In this document: in pieces, positions 41,877 through 52,678 of the stretch
Position numbering within the stretch: the first letter of the stretch is position 1
How the letters are laid out: every line of letters begins with the position of its first letter
Assembly (NCBI GenBank): GCA_963801815.1
Contig: CAWDGJ010000006.1
Span: 94,416-158,415 of the forward strand
Origin: an uncultured Verrucomicrobiae bacterium
GTDB taxonomy: Bacteria; Verrucomicrobiota; Verrucomicrobiia; Chthoniobacterales; UBA10450
Direction of reading: 5' to 3'
DNA: 64,000 nt
Notes under the pieces: model-generated
Database searches by the model: none
What the model saw: only the letters and a program-made list of their open reading frames with translations
What the model was told of the DNA's origin: nothing
Position numbers and translations under genes: made by a program

Positions 41877-42749
41877 ATGAACCGGCACGAACGAGGTTTG
41901 GAATTCAAGGTCGGCATTTTTGTATTCCTGGGCCTTGCCGCTATCGGCGCGCTGGTGGTGCAATTTGGGAGATTGGGTGAAGGCTTCAAGACTTACTATC
42001 CGCTGACAATTCGTTTCAATGACGCCAGCGGGTTGCTGAAGGGCTCGGACGTCTTGCTCGCCGGCGCGCGGATCGGCAAAGTCGCCGGCGGTCCGCGCCT
42101 GGTTCGCGAAGGCAACGGTGTGCTCGTGCCGTTGAAAATTTACGATTACATAAAAATTCCCGACACGAGCAAGTTCACCGTCGGCAGTTCCGGTTTGCTT
42201 GGTGACCGATTCGTAAACGTGACGATGCCGCCGGGAACGCCGTCCAAATTTCTCCCGCCGAATTCTGTCATCAACGGCGGGCGAGAAACAGGGATCGAAG
42301 ACCTTACGCGGGAAGGCGGCGCGCTGGTCGGAGATCTGCGAGGTGTGGTGCAGAAGATCGACACGACGGTCAGTCGCCTGAATGACGAAGTGCTCTCCAA
42401 GACGACTACGGACAACCTTAAATCCAGTGTGGCCCATTTGAACGACGCCACCAGTTCGTTCGCGGAATCGGCCAAAAAGCTCGGGCCGGTCGTCGACAAG
42501 GCGGATTCGGCGATGGACTCGACAAAAAAAGCGGCGGACGACTTGCAAAGAGTGCTGAGTTCTGCGACGCAAGGGAAAGGACTGCTCGCTACGTTGCTCA
42601 CGAACCAGGATTTGGCGAACGATTTGCGCGCCTTGGTCAGTAATCTTCGCGCGCACGGTATTCTCTTTTATCGTGATAATGCAGCCAAGATTGAAGCCGG
42701 AGCCCGTGAGCCGGCGAAACCGGCGCGCACGCAGAGCGGAGGCCGATAA
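41877..42749 (+). CDS. mlaD: MlaD/MCE family protein
   Basis: TM helix, then F.DASGL.KGS.V..AG..IGKV and GLLGDRFV. Confidence 0.88.
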   Translation: MNRHERGLEFKVGIFVFLGLAAIGALVVQFGRLGEGFKTYYPLTIRFNDASGLLKGSDVLLAGARIGKVAGGPRLVREGNGVLVPLKIYDYIKIPDTSKFTVGSSGLLGDRFVNVTMPPGTPSKFLPPNSVINGGRETGIEDLTREGGALVGDLRGVVQKIDTTVSRLNDEVLSKTTTDNLKSSVAHLNDATSSFAESAKKLGPVVDKADSAMDSTKKAADDLQRVLSSATQGKGLLATLLTNQDLANDLRALVSNLRAHGILFYRDNAAKIEAGAREPAKPARTQSGGR

Positions 42750-43768
42750 TGACGCCGCTGTTGACGACCAATCTGCTGCGGGTGCTGTTCGTCACGTTTT
42801 GCGCGGCGATTGGCGCGAACATTTCATCGGCTTTCATCGGAGATGCCTGGCCGGGTCTCGCGATTGGAATCATTCTGGGTCTGGTCGTCGTGCTGGTGGA
42901 CCGTTTGCTCAAAGGCGTATCGTTGCGCCTGTTTTCGTCAGCCACGTTCGGACTGTTGCTGGGGTGGATTGCGGCAAACTTGCTGATCGCGTCGGATGTT
43001 TTGCACTATCAAACTGAAACTGTCCAGTGGGCCGCGCGACTCATCGTTTACGCCATTTTCGGTTATCTCGGGATGATGCTGGCGGTGCGCAGTAACCGCG
43101 ATGAATTCTCGATAATCATTCCCTATGTGCGCTTCGCGCGCGAGACGACCCAGCACGAACCCCTCGTCGTGGACACGAATGTCATCATTGATGGGCGGAT
43201 CGCCGACCTTTGCGCAACCGGATTTTTGAGCCGCTCGTTGATTGTGCCGCGATTTATTTTGGATGAATTGCAATTGCTTGCTGACTCGCACGATCCGACA
43301 AAGCGCGAGCGCGGGCGGCGCGGACTGGAGATTTTGAATCAGCTACAGCGAGCGAAAGACGTCGAGCTGACCATTCACAACACGACTCATGACGACGATG
43401 GTGTCGGAATCGATGCCCGGCTCGTGCGGGCCGCTAAAGTTTTGAAAGCGCGTTTGCTCACAAATGATCATGCGCTCGCGCAAGTCGCGCGATTGCAACA
43501 AGTGCCGGTGTTGAATCTGGCAGACCTCACGCGGGCGTTACGGCCAACGGTCGTGGCGGGTGATGAGATCGACCTTTCGTTGGTCAAGGAGGGGCGCGAA
43601 GCGCATCAGGCCGTGGGTTATCTGCCTGATGGAACAATGATCGTCGTCAACCACGCGCGCGCCTATGTTGGAAAAACCCGGACCGTTGTTGTCGCCAGCG
43701 CGCTGCAAACGGCGGCCGGTCGCCTCATTTTCGCTGAATTGAAAGACGGCGCTGCCAAAGCGGTTTGA
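42749..43768 (+). CDS. PIN/TRAM domain membrane protein (YacL-like)
   Basis: DTNVIIDGRI, RGRRGL, TND and GYLPDGTMIVV motifs. Confidence 0.9.
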   Translation: MTPLLTTNLLRVLFVTFCAAIGANISSAFIGDAWPGLAIGIILGLVVVLVDRLLKGVSLRLFSSATFGLLLGWIAANLLIASDVLHYQTETVQWAARLIVYAIFGYLGMMLAVRSNRDEFSIIIPYVRFARETTQHEPLVVDTNVIIDGRIADLCATGFLSRSLIVPRFILDELQLLADSHDPTKRERGRRGLEILNQLQRAKDVELTIHNTTHDDDGVGIDARLVRAAKVLKARLLTNDHALAQVARLQQVPVLNLADLTRALRPTVVAGDEIDLSLVKEGREAHQAVGYLPDGTMIVVNHARAYVGKTRTVVVASALQTAAGRLIFAELKDGAAKAV

Positions 43769-44574
43769 AGCGCCTCTTGAAATTCATTTTGCCGAACGGC
43801 CTGGTCGAGTTCGTTCGGAATCGCCGGAAACTGCGCAGAGTTGGCAGGCGAATTTCACCAACCGAATGGTTCGCGAGCGAGCGGCTCGCCCTCGAAGCCG
43901 ACATCTGTGGCCTCACGCTTTTTCCACCGGAGCACGCCGGGCAATTGCGGAACGTCGTTGATGTTGGTGCAAATGTTGGCCAGTGGTCGGGCATGTTGCT
44001 GAACTGCATTACTCCGGAAAAGCTCGTAATTATCGAGCCGCTGCCGGATGCGTTCGCCACCCTGCAGAAGAAGTTTGGCGACAATCGCATCGTCGAATTA
44101 CACAACGTCGCGATTGGCGAACGCGAGAGCGTCGAAAAATTGAAGATCACCCGCGATACGACCGGTGCGTCGCTTCTTCAGCCGCGTGCAGAAATGCGCG
44201 CCGTGATCGGCAGCAATTGGACAATCACGGCCGAGGTCGAAGTCAAAATGACCACGCTCGACCGTTTGCTGGTCAATTTCCCGGAAGTGTCGTTGCTCAA
44301 GATCGACGTCCAGGGTTACGAAAAATCTGTGCTGGCCGGCGCGAAGCAAACCTTGGTCAGAACGAAATTCGTTCTCATCGAATTGAATTTCATGCCGCAG
44401 TATGACGGCGGGTCGTGGCTGGGTGAGGTCCACGAAATTCTCACTCGGGATTTTGGTTTCTTTCTGGCCAACGCGACCGCGCCTCAGGTCCTAAACGGCC
44501 GCGCGTCAATGGTCGATGGTCTTTACGTGAATCCGAATTTAGTTCAGGAATGGGTGAAACCAGATTTCGTTTAA
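43765..44574 (+). CDS. FkbM family methyltransferase
   Basis: DVGANVG and LLKIDVQGYE motifs. Confidence 0.9.
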   Translation: MKRLLKFILPNGLVEFVRNRRKLRRVGRRISPTEWFASERLALEADICGLTLFPPEHAGQLRNVVDVGANVGQWSGMLLNCITPEKLVIIEPLPDAFATLQKKFGDNRIVELHNVAIGERESVEKLKITRDTTGASLLQPRAEMRAVIGSNWTITAEVEVKMTTLDRLLVNFPEVSLLKIDVQGYEKSVLAGAKQTLVRTKFVLIELNFMPQYDGGSWLGEVHEILTRDFGFFLANATAPQVLNGRASMVDGLYVNPNLVQEWVKPDFV

Positions 44575-44575
44575 A

Positions 44576-45082
44576 ATGCAACCAAGCGAAGCATTAAGCG
44601 CGAGCGCGCAAGTGGCCGTGACTCTTGCCGGATTTGCCGGAGTGGTGGTCGCGTTTCGCAGCGGCTCGATTCACGAATGGTCAAAGATCGACAAATTCCG
44701 ACTGCAGATTCTGCTCAGCAATTCCGTCCTGCCATTTATCCTGTCGATCTTCGCGATGGTTCTCGCTTCCACAAATCTGAACGAACAGATGATCTGGCGC
44801 TGGTGCAGCCTTGTTGCGTTCGTCCTTACCGCGGCAATGGGCCAAGTCATGTCGCGCAATTATCGAAATTTCTCTCGCGAGGAGCTCAAGGCTTCAGGCA
44901 GCCGGCGATGGATATTCTCCGGCGGTGGGCTCCTCGGAGTGGGCGCCACCCTTTTGCAACTTTACAATGTGATCCGGTTGCAAACCTTTTGGCCGTTCTT
45001 TGCCATGCTCGCGACATGGCTTTGTTTGGCGATGGTCCAATTTGTTTTACTCGTTACGGCTCCGCGTCAGTCGGAGTCATAA
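44576..45082 (+). CDS. membrane hypothetical protein
   Basis: About 5 TM helices; operonic position. Confidence 0.7.
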   Translation: MQPSEALSASAQVAVTLAGFAGVVVAFRSGSIHEWSKIDKFRLQILLSNSVLPFILSIFAMVLASTNLNEQMIWRWCSLVAFVLTAAMGQVMSRNYRNFSREELKASGSRRWIFSGGGLLGVGATLLQLYNVIRLQTFWPFFAMLATWLCLAMVQFVLLVTAPRQSES

Positions 45083-45178
45083 GAGCCAGCGCAAGCAGCG
45101 GACGAACTTGAGAAAATGTGGACTGAGAATCACCAGATGCTGCTGCAGGCGATGCACTGATCAACCACCGCTCGCGCT

Positions 45179-46141
45179 CTACCTGAGTCCGACGGCTTCG
45201 CGCACGCGCGCCATCACTTGATCGGCAATTTCGTTGGCGCGGCGAGCGCCTTTGACGAGAACGTTGTCGATATATCCTTTATCGCGCTCGATTTCTTCGC
45301 GGCGTTTGCGCATCGGCGCAAAATATTCCCAGAGTTTTTCGAACAGTTGTTTTTTGAAATCGCCGTAACCGGTCCCGCCTTTTTTGAATCGATCGCGCAT
45401 GTCGGCGATTTCATCTTTCGATGCGAAGAGGGAATAGAGCTGCAAAATCGTCGATTTGTCCGGATCCTTGGGAGATTCGACGGGCGTTGAATCTGTTACG
45501 ACGCTCATCACGCGTTTCCGCGTTTCTTTTTCGTCCCCGAAGATGTCAATCGTGTTGCCGTAACTCTTGCTCATCTTTTGTCCATCGAGTCCCGGCACAA
45601 CTTCAGTTGTCACTTGCGTGCGACCCTCCGGAAGTTTGAACACGTTACCGTAGGCTTCGTTGATGCGCGTCGCGATATCGCGTGTGATCTCTATGTGTTG
45701 TTTTTGATCTTTGCCGACTGGCACGACATCGCTGTCGTAGATCAAAATGTCGGCCGCCATAAGCAACGGGTAAGAGAAGAGTCCCGCGTTTGCCGCCATA
45801 CCGCGCGCAACCTTGTCTTTATAAGAGTGGGCCAGTTCAAGGCGTGAAACCGGCGTGACGGTTGAGAGAATCCAGGTCAACTCGGTGACTTGAGGAACAT
45901 CGCTTTGCAAAAATAGCGAGGTCCTTTTGGGATCCAATCCGCAGGCGAGAAAATCAAGCGCGACACGTCGGACATTTTCTCGTAGCAAATTCGGGTCACG
46001 CAGACTGGTCAGGGCATGATAATTCGCGATGAAATAAAACGCCTCGCCTTCCTCCTGCAACTGCAGCGCCGGCCGCATCATCCCGAAATAATTGCCGATG
46101 TGCAGCACGCCGCTTGGTTGAATGCCGGATAAAATGCGCAT
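45179..46141 (-). CDS. trpS: tryptophan--tRNA ligase
   Basis: SGIQPSG, HIGN, VPVGKDQ and KMSKS motifs. Confidence 0.96.
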   Translation of the reverse strand: MRILSGIQPSGVLHIGNYFGMMRPALQLQEEGEAFYFIANYHALTSLRDPNLLRENVRRVALDFLACGLDPKRTSLFLQSDVPQVTELTWILSTVTPVSRLELAHSYKDKVARGMAANAGLFSYPLLMAADILIYDSDVVPVGKDQKQHIEITRDIATRINEAYGNVFKLPEGRTQVTTEVVPGLDGQKMSKSYGNTIDIFGDEKETRKRVMSVVTDSTPVESPKDPDKSTILQLYSLFASKDEIADMRDRFKKGGTGYGDFKKQLFEKLWEYFAPMRKRREEIERDKGYIDNVLVKGARRANEIADQVMARVREAVGLR

Positions 46142-46153
46142 GGTTTTATTGAC

Positions 46154-46297
46154 AATAGCCCAGCGTTTCAACGCTGGGCAAACATGATCCGACTTTTCAC
46201 GAGTCCCGGTAGGGACGAAAGACGAAGTTTTCTGCCGTCCCTATCGGGACTTGTTCGTGCGTGCGATTTATTCCCAGCGCTAAAGCCCTGGGCTATT
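46154..46297. repeat. cruciform palindromic element between divergent genes
   Basis: AATAGCCCAG...CTGGGCTATT ends; inner AGTCCCGGTAGGGACG / CGTCCCTATCGGGACT. Confidence 0.7.
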
Positions 46298-46363
46298 TCC
46301 GAAATGGCAATTGGCAGTTTAGGATTGCTTCTTGCTAATTAACGTTTACCTGAACCGCTAGCA

Positions 46364-47335
46364 ATGGCCAATCGCCCAGCGAAACCCGTCTCAGTTGTCA
46401 CCGGCGGCGCCGGTTTTTTGGGGTCGCATTTGATTGACCGACTCCTGAGCGAGGGGCATCGCGTCATCGCGATCGACAATCTCATCACCGGCAATCCGGC
46501 CAACATTGGTCATCTCGCCGGAAATCCTGATTTTCGCTTCATCAAGCACAACGTTTCGAACTTCATTTTCCTCCCGGAAGACAAAATTGATTACGTTTTT
46601 CACTTCGCGTCGCCGGCGAGTCCAATCGATTATTTGGAGCTGCCAATCCCGACCTTGAAGGTCGGTGCGCTTGGAACACACAACACGCTCGGCCTGGCGA
46701 AGGACAAAAGGGCTTCTTTCATTCTCGCATCGACGTCGGAATGCTACGGCGATCCGCTGGTCCATCCGCAAAAGGAAGATTATTGGGGCAACGTGAACCC
46801 GATCGGGCCGCGCGGCGTTTACGACGAGGCCAAGCGTTTCGCTGAAGCGATGACGATGGCGTATCATCGCTACCACAAAGTCGACACCAAGATTGTGCGC
46901 ATCTTCAACACTTACGGGCCGCGCATGCGGTTGCGGGATGGGCGGGTCGTCCCGGCGTTCATTGGCCAGGCGCTGGCCGGGAAACCACTCACCGTTTTCG
47001 GCGATGGCTCGCAAACGCGCTCGTTTTGTTATGTGTCGGACCTGATCGACGGAATCTTCAGACTGGCGATGAGCGATTTTCACGAGCCAGTGAACATCGG
47101 CAATCCGGGCGAGATGACGATCAAACAGTTCGCGGAGGAGATTATCCGCATCACCGGTGCAAAATCGACGATCGAATACAAGCCGTTGCCAGAGGATGAT
47201 CCAAAGGTCCGGCAACCTGATATTTCCCGCGCCAGGAAGATTCTCGGCTGGGAACCGAAGGTCGAGTTCGACGAGGGAATCAAGAAGACGATTGAATATT
47301 TTCGGAATGCGTCAAAGAGTGCTGGCTCGAAGTAA
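46364..47335 (+). CDS. UDP-glucuronic acid decarboxylase family (extended SDR)
   Basis: [22 protein letters not shown] and [10 protein letters not shown] motifs. Confidence 0.92.
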   Translation: MANRPAKPVSVVTGGAGFLGSHLIDRLLSEGHRVIAIDNLITGNPANIGHLAGNPDFRFIKHNVSNFIFLPEDKIDYVFHFASPASPIDYLELPIPTLKVGALGTHNTLGLAKDKRASFILASTSECYGDPLVHPQKEDYWGNVNPIGPRGVYDEAKRFAEAMTMAYHRYHKVDTKIVRIFNTYGPRMRLRDGRVVPAFIGQALAGKPLTVFGDGSQTRSFCYVSDLIDGIFRLAMSDFHEPVNIGNPGEMTIKQFAEEIIRITGAKSTIEYKPLPEDDPKVRQPDISRARKILGWEPKVEFDEGIKKTIEYFRNASKSAGSK

Positions 47336-47347
47336 ACCCAGCCTGAC

Positions 47348-48853
47348 GTGAGCTTCCGATGTCTTCTCCTTTGCGCTGCAAGTCTTTTGCTTTTTGCGAA
47401 CGGCGCCAGCGCTGCGAGATATCAGCGCACACAAGACGGTAAGACGCTGGTTTGGAATGCCCAACGCGGTGTCGCGCAGGATGTGACCTGGTCAGGCCTT
47501 CGGGATTTGAACGGCTATGCGACGGGCGAGGGAACGCTGACATGGTATCGCCTTGGGAGTGTCGTCAACACCTACACGGGCAAAATGGTAAAGGGGAAAT
47601 TCGAGGGAACGGTGATCAGAGCCCAGGGCAACACGAGATTACAAGCGACGTTTGCGAATGGAGAAATAGCGGGTGGCTGGCTGGAGCCGGGAGAATCTGC
47701 GAATCGAAGCCCGACTCCGCTGCCTAAGGAGCAATCGCCCTCGCCGGCAGAGCCAACTGCCAAGCGAGTGAGGGAGGTAGCTGCGCCATCTCCAACACCG
47801 ACAGCGATGCCGACACCATTAGGAACGCCAGCGATAGAACCGACGGTGATTCCAACTCCGAAATCGACACCAATTCGGAAACCGACACCAACTCCGAAGC
47901 CAACAGCCACACTTAAGCCGACGCCGACCGCGACGCCGGCACCAACTCCAACTCCGCTGGCAACGTCAACCCCGACTTCAACACCAACTGTCGAGCTGTC
48001 ACCAAAACAAACGCCAAGGCCAAGGTCGACACCGGTTGGAATGCCAATCCTGCTGTCCACTCCAAAATCCACATCAACCCCCGCCGCGACGCCGCTTCAA
48101 CAATTCAGTCCAACAGAATCCCCATCCGGACCGGTTGTCGAAGCGCCGGGCCACAGTCTTGAATTAGCCATTCGGGCTTCGCCGTCGCCGCAACGGACTC
48201 CGGAATCAGCGGTAGGGAAGAAATTATCTTCGCCCGCGTCGCGAATTTCGCCGAGTCCTTCGGCGCCTACCGGTTCGCGGAAAATCGATCCCAATCTAAA
48301 GCGCCAAATGATCGCCGACTTAAGACGACAAACGGACTTCGTTCTCGGTCAGGTAAGAGATGCCACAGGAAATTTCCATGAAGTCGATCGGCTGGATCAA
48401 GTGAAGGCTTTGCCGCCGACGGTGTCGGCCCACGTCGCTTTACTCGCCAATCAGGCACGCGCATTTCGCGCGACGCTCGGATACGAAGTCACGTATTACG
48501 AATGCCTCGCTGAAATGCAGGCGGTCGATGCCCTGGTAGTTGTTGATGAAGCGACCCGGAATCTCGCGGACAAGGACGCGCCATCGGCACGCAAGACGTT
48601 GTCCACTTTTACCAAACGATATTCTGAGCCGGCGACTGATGCCGGGAAACCGTTATGGCGCTATCTGCTTTCGATGTCCTCCTTGTGTGATCGGTTGAAG
48701 AACGAAGCGGAGGGACATCTGCCACAGGCGCTTTCGCTTGAGACTTCGGGCAAGAAAAGCGAGGCCTTACAGGAGCTGCGTGAAATCTATCGCATCTATC
48801 CAAATCCGGTCACTGCGGAGAAGATTAAGCAACTTCAAGCCCAATTGCATTAA
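47348..48853 (+). CDS. secreted protein with Pro/Thr-rich linker
   Basis: Signal peptide, MORN-like N-terminus, (PT)n tract, helical C-terminus. Confidence 0.75.
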   Translation: MSFRCLLLCAASLLLFANGASAARYQRTQDGKTLVWNAQRGVAQDVTWSGLRDLNGYATGEGTLTWYRLGSVVNTYTGKMVKGKFEGTVIRAQGNTRLQATFANGEIAGGWLEPGESANRSPTPLPKEQSPSPAEPTAKRVREVAAPSPTPTAMPTPLGTPAIEPTVIPTPKSTPIRKPTPTPKPTATLKPTPTATPAPTPTPLATSTPTSTPTVELSPKQTPRPRSTPVGMPILLSTPKSTSTPAATPLQQFSPTESPSGPVVEAPGHSLELAIRASPSPQRTPESAVGKKLSSPASRISPSPSAPTGSRKIDPNLKRQMIADLRRQTDFVLGQVRDATGNFHEVDRLDQVKALPPTVSAHVALLANQARAFRATLGYEVTYYECLAEMQAVDALVVVDEATRNLADKDAPSARKTLSTFTKRYSEPATDAGKPLWRYLLSMSSLCDRLKNEAEGHLPQALSLETSGKKSEALQELREIYRIYPNPVTAEKIKQLQAQLH

Positions 48854-48874
48854 TAGGACGGCAGACTAAAACCT

Positions 48875-49216
48875 GTGTACGAACGTCGAAATGCCCCGTT
48901 GCTCAGTCGGGCGAAATTTCTGCGACGAGTCGGCCGGCATCTCTCACTAGCGGTGCTTATCATAGGAGTGGCGCTTGGGATTGGCGTGTTTGGATATCAT
49001 TGGCTGGGTGGCTTGAACTGGGTCGACTCGCTGCTGAACGCATCGATGATCCTTGGCGGCATGGGGCCGGTCGATACGCTTCATTCAACGCCCGCAAAAA
49101 TTTTTGCTTCCTTCTACGCGTTGTTCTCGGGGCTCGGGTTTATTGGCATCGCGGGCTTGATGCTTGCGCCGTTTGCCCATCGGCTACTCCACCGGTTTGA
49201 CGTTCAAGGAAAGTAG
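48875..49216 (+). CDS. small membrane protein (channel pore-like fold)
   Basis: GYHW...DSLLNASMILGGMGP...KIFASFYAL. Confidence 0.75.
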   Translation: MYERRNAPLLSRAKFLRRVGRHLSLAVLIIGVALGIGVFGYHWLGGLNWVDSLLNASMILGGMGPVDTLHSTPAKIFASFYALFSGLGFIGIAGLMLAPFAHRLLHRFDVQGK

Positions 49217-49354
49217 CGGCTTCGAGATTGGTCAGGCGCCGGTCAGCAGGCAAACGAAAGTAATTCGCAACCGATTGCAGACTTGCCGGTTCAATGATTT
49301 GACGTGCAAAATATCGCTGGTGTTAGTAGCATTTTGGTTGTCAATTCCCGGGTC

Positions 49355-49876
49355 ATGAAGCGTGCGATTTTGGTTATCAGCCTCGTCGCTACCGGAATTT
49401 TTGCCGGGCCCACGGTGCGAGCCAACGACTTCGATCCTGTCTTTGGATTTTACCGCCCCGAGCTCTTTGCCAGCGTCGACACGTCGGGGTTGCTACGAGA
49501 TTTGCCGATGACTGAATATCTCGATGGCCGAGTGCCCGGTTCGACCGCGCTCGGTCGAATGGGAACGGCTCCAGTCGGCAATTTTCCCATCGCCCTCGTT
49601 AGTGCAGAGCCCCGTCAAAAAAGAAATCCGAGCTCGGGGCCGGTGACAGATCCGAAGGACGGCAAGGAATATTCTTCGACTGAATCGATGGCGATGGAAA
49701 AGGCCTCACTTACCTGGACCGGTGGCGAGTACGGTTTCTATTACGGGCATTCCAGTGGCAGGTTTGGCGGCGACGAGTTCGGCACTTACATTGTCGGCGG
49801 CGTGGGCAACGATCACATGCAAATCAACGTTGGCGCCGGCTACGACGAAACGCATTTCTCGCACTCGCATCATTGA
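49355..49876 (+). CDS. secreted hypothetical protein
   Basis: Signal peptide; DPKDGKE motif. Confidence 0.7.
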   Translation: MKRAILVISLVATGIFAGPTVRANDFDPVFGFYRPELFASVDTSGLLRDLPMTEYLDGRVPGSTALGRMGTAPVGNFPIALVSAEPRQKRNPSSGPVTDPKDGKEYSSTESMAMEKASLTWTGGEYGFYYGHSSGRFGGDEFGTYIVGGVGNDHMQINVGAGYDETHFSHSHH

Positions 49877-50052
49877 ATTCTGAGCCGAGCGCCGATTCGG
49901 AAACCGAAACCGCGAGAGAAATATCAGCCGGCGTAGCATCGGCGCCGGTCTGCCCTGTTTGCGGCGCGATCACGGTGCCGGAGAAGTGCAAAGTGATTTG
50001 CCATAGCGAGATTTGTCGCGGCCGGGTGGTGATGAATTGCTCTGAATTCTGA
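49873..50052 (+). CDS. 59-aa CPxCG zinc-finger microprotein (below the ORF-track cutoff)
   Basis: TTG start overlapping the upstream TGA; CPVCG...KCKVIC...C...NCSEF. Confidence 0.6.
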   Translation: MNSEPSADSETETAREISAGVASAPVCPVCGAITVPEKCKVICHSEICRGRVVMNCSEF

Positions 50053-50140
50053 TGTGCCCGGAGACAAATCACAGGTCATCAGCACGCATCCGGTCAAAAA
50101 GAAAGTGACCGGTGACGAGTGACAAGAGATTATCTGCTCG

Positions 50141-51472
50141 TTATCTCCTCATATTTGGGTCGATCTCCAGCGCGCTGTTGAGATCGGCGTCCGCGCCGGC
50201 CGCGTCACCCTTTGCCCGCTTGGCTTCGCTCCGGTTCTTGTAAATCACCGCGATCTTCGAATTGATTTCGATCGCCTTGCTGAAATCGGCGATCGCACCG
50301 TCTAAATCACCTTTTGCCTTTTTCAAGTTACCGCGATTGTTGTAAGCGTTCGCGCTTTTCGGATTCAACTCGATCGCTTTGTTGTAATCGGCGATGGCAC
50401 CGTCCTTATCGCCCTTCGAGTTCCGGGCGATGGCCCGATTGAAGTAGGCAAACTCCGCATTCTTCGGATCCAGCGCGATTGACCTGGTGTAGTCGGCGAT
50501 CGCGCCGTTGTTATCACCTTTGAGCCGCTTGGCGATCCCGCGGTCGTTGTAGAACTCGTGATCGTTCGGTTTGAGTTCAATCGCGCGATTCAAGTCGGCG
50601 ATCGCGCCGTCGAAATCACGTTTGTCTCGTCTGGCCACGCCGCGGAGGTCGTAAGCGCTCGCGGATTTGGGATCGAGTTCGAGCGCGCGCCCGAAGTCGG
50701 CAATCGCGCCGGCTGCATCGCCGTTTCGTGCACGGGCGGTGCCACGATTACTATAGCCTTCAGCGTCTTTTGGATTCGGCCCGATCTTCGGCTCCGCGAC
50801 TTCGGTCTCCTTTGGCGCTTCGAGATCTTCCCACGCTCGCTCCGACAATTCGAATTCACCGCCATTGACGCGCACCAGGTAGCCGAAGCTCAATTGCAAC
50901 CGGTTCGCTGCTGCGGCAGGAACAACTTTGTCGTGTTCGAGTTTGAACGAGCCGTCGAATCCGTGGAGCAAGACGCTTTCGTTCTTGTCGTAAAGCGGCT
51001 TGGCAAACCTCAATCGCGTTGGGCTTCCTTTCGGATTTGAGGAGCGCGCTTCAAAGAACCATTGGGCTCGGCCGTCTGTTTCGGATTTGTTAACGAGCTT
51101 GATGCCGGCCGGTGCAGGATTGAACGCCGCCTCGAGCAATTTGATCCAGTTGTCCAGTTTATGGGCGATCTCCTTATTGACCGGCTGACCAGTCTCGCCC
51201 CAGTCGCTCGATTTCAACCATGGCTTTCCGTGTTTACGCGCGAACGTACCGTCGTCGGAACGAATTCGTTCCGGCCCGTTGTCCGGATATCGATCGTAAG
51301 CAAACGAAGCCGGCAACGACGCGATCGCGCTGAAATGAACGCCTGCATAAAATTCGCGGCTGTAGGCGAGATTATCGGCCACGATCTTTGCGTCATCGAC
51401 TTGCGCGCGCAAGCCGGACGCGCCGAAAAGGAAACCGGCAGCAGCAATGACAACAAGGTATTTGGGACGCAT
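50141..51472 (-). CDS. secreted tetratricopeptide repeat protein
   Basis: About 6 TPR repeats (AY.NRG...GD.DGAIADF.KAIE). Confidence 0.9.
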   Translation of the reverse strand: MRPKYLVVIAAAGFLFGASGLRAQVDDAKIVADNLAYSREFYAGVHFSAIASLPASFAYDRYPDNGPERIRSDDGTFARKHGKPWLKSSDWGETGQPVNKEIAHKLDNWIKLLEAAFNPAPAGIKLVNKSETDGRAQWFFEARSSNPKGSPTRLRFAKPLYDKNESVLLHGFDGSFKLEHDKVVPAAAANRLQLSFGYLVRVNGGEFELSERAWEDLEAPKETEVAEPKIGPNPKDAEGYSNRGTARARNGDAAGAIADFGRALELDPKSASAYDLRGVARRDKRDFDGAIADLNRAIELKPNDHEFYNDRGIAKRLKGDNNGAIADYTRSIALDPKNAEFAYFNRAIARNSKGDKDGAIADYNKAIELNPKSANAYNNRGNLKKAKGDLDGAIADFSKAIEINSKIAVIYKNRSEAKRAKGDAAGADADLNSALEIDPNMRR

Positions 51473-51646
51473 AAAAATTCTCACGGAGACCCGGCCAACA
51501 TCGCTCGAATGCGGTCTTACGTTTGCGGAGATGTGAAGGAAAGTAAAATCTTGGCGAGGTTGGCCAGTTGCTGCTTGTTCCAAGATAGCGACATCGTTAG
51601 CCTTTCTGAAAACCATCCCCATGTGAAACCCAGAACCGCAAATAGC

Positions 51647-51711
51647 AATTGGATTAGACGCCAAAATGGCGTTTTTAATTACGCCGTTTTGGCGTCTACT
51701 TCTCGTTAGGC
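51647..51711 (+). other. array-2 leader hairpin plus first core site (candidate attI-equivalent)
   Basis: AAT-TGGAT-TAGACGCCAAAA...TTTTGGCGTCTA-CTTCTC-GTTAGGC. Confidence 0.7.
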
Positions 51712-51713
51712 CA

Positions 51714-52127
51714 ATGAAGGCGTTTCTTTGTTTTGTTCTGTTCGCTCAATCGGCGTTTGCGTTGATCGGAGAAAACGAAAAACAAATCGAAGCGAGGTAT
51801 GGGCGTCCAAAAAGGTCGAGACCCGCCGAGGGTGGTCGCGTAGATACTTACCTGGCGCACGGTTTTACCATCAATGTGCACTTCATTAGTGGACTTAGTT
51901 CGAGCGAATGGTTTGAGCCTCTAGGTAAATCGCCGTTCACGAAAAAGGACGTAAAGCGTATTCTCGAGCTTAGTGCCGAGAAGGGCCAGACTTGGCGGAG
52001 CAAGCGCGTCCATCCGAACTGGACTTATTGGACGCGTTCAGGTGATAAAGCGGTGGCTGATCAGGTCGTAGCTGTGTCTGCACCAAGAATTGTTGACGTG
52101 AACGGGGTAGGCCTAACCAGACGATGA
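51714..52127 (+). CDS. cassette B1: secreted hypothetical protein
   Basis: Signal peptide; IGENEKQIEARYGRP. Confidence 0.75.
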   Translation: MKAFLCFVLFAQSAFALIGENEKQIEARYGRPKRSRPAEGGRVDTYLAHGFTINVHFISGLSSSEWFEPLGKSPFTKKDVKRILELSAEKGQTWRSKRVHPNWTYWTRSGDKAVADQVVAVSAPRIVDVNGVGLTRR

Positions 52128-52239
52128 AGCTAACGGCCACTGTTACGCGTTTTGGAGATGCCCTTCTGATTGCTACTTTTCTTTCACCACAAATCCGCCT
52201 TAGTCCCGGTGGCCGTAGCTTATCTTCTTCTCGTTAGAC
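52111..52239 (+). repeat. attC-like site B1
   Basis: GCCTAAC CAGAC GATGAAGC ... GCTTATC TTCTTCTC GTTAGAC. Confidence 0.9.
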
Positions 52240-52243
52240 CCAA

Positions 52244-52651
52244 ATGAAGCGAGTCGCGTTGATATGTTCGACGCTTTGCGTGTGCGCGGCATGCGCGAGC
52301 ATGTCGTCTCGTGTCGTGGTCAGTCCGCCAGTAAGGAGAGACGTTTTGATGATCTACCCGCTAGATGTTCGATTTGCGGCGGTTGATATCGATCGGACAC
52401 CTATCCGGGACGCCTGTTATGCGATGGAGGCGGAGGTTCGACGCGTCTACGATCACGATTACAACTTCAATCTCGTATTTGGAAGCACCTCAGGCGACCT
52501 CGCTGATCTTGGCAATCCACGCGTTACCTACCACGGAAAGAATGTCTCTGCTCGGGACGTGGTTTCTTCCTTCTGTCAGCAAATCGGCTGGAGCTATACG
52601 TTTGATGTTAAGCACGCCATTCGATTTCAAAATGGACCCGGATTTCGCTAG
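52244..52651 (+). CDS. cassette B2: hypothetical lipoprotein
   Basis: Cys-containing signal region; ATG 4 nt after the core site. Confidence 0.7.
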   Translation: MKRVALICSTLCVCAACASMSSRVVVSPPVRRDVLMIYPLDVRFAAVDIDRTPIRDACYAMEAEVRRVYDHDYNFNLVFGSTSGDLADLGNPRVTYHGKNVSARDVVSSFCQQIGWSYTFDVKHAIRFQNGPGFR

Positions 52652-52678
52652 ACACGCAATTAAACACGCCGCAAGCGG

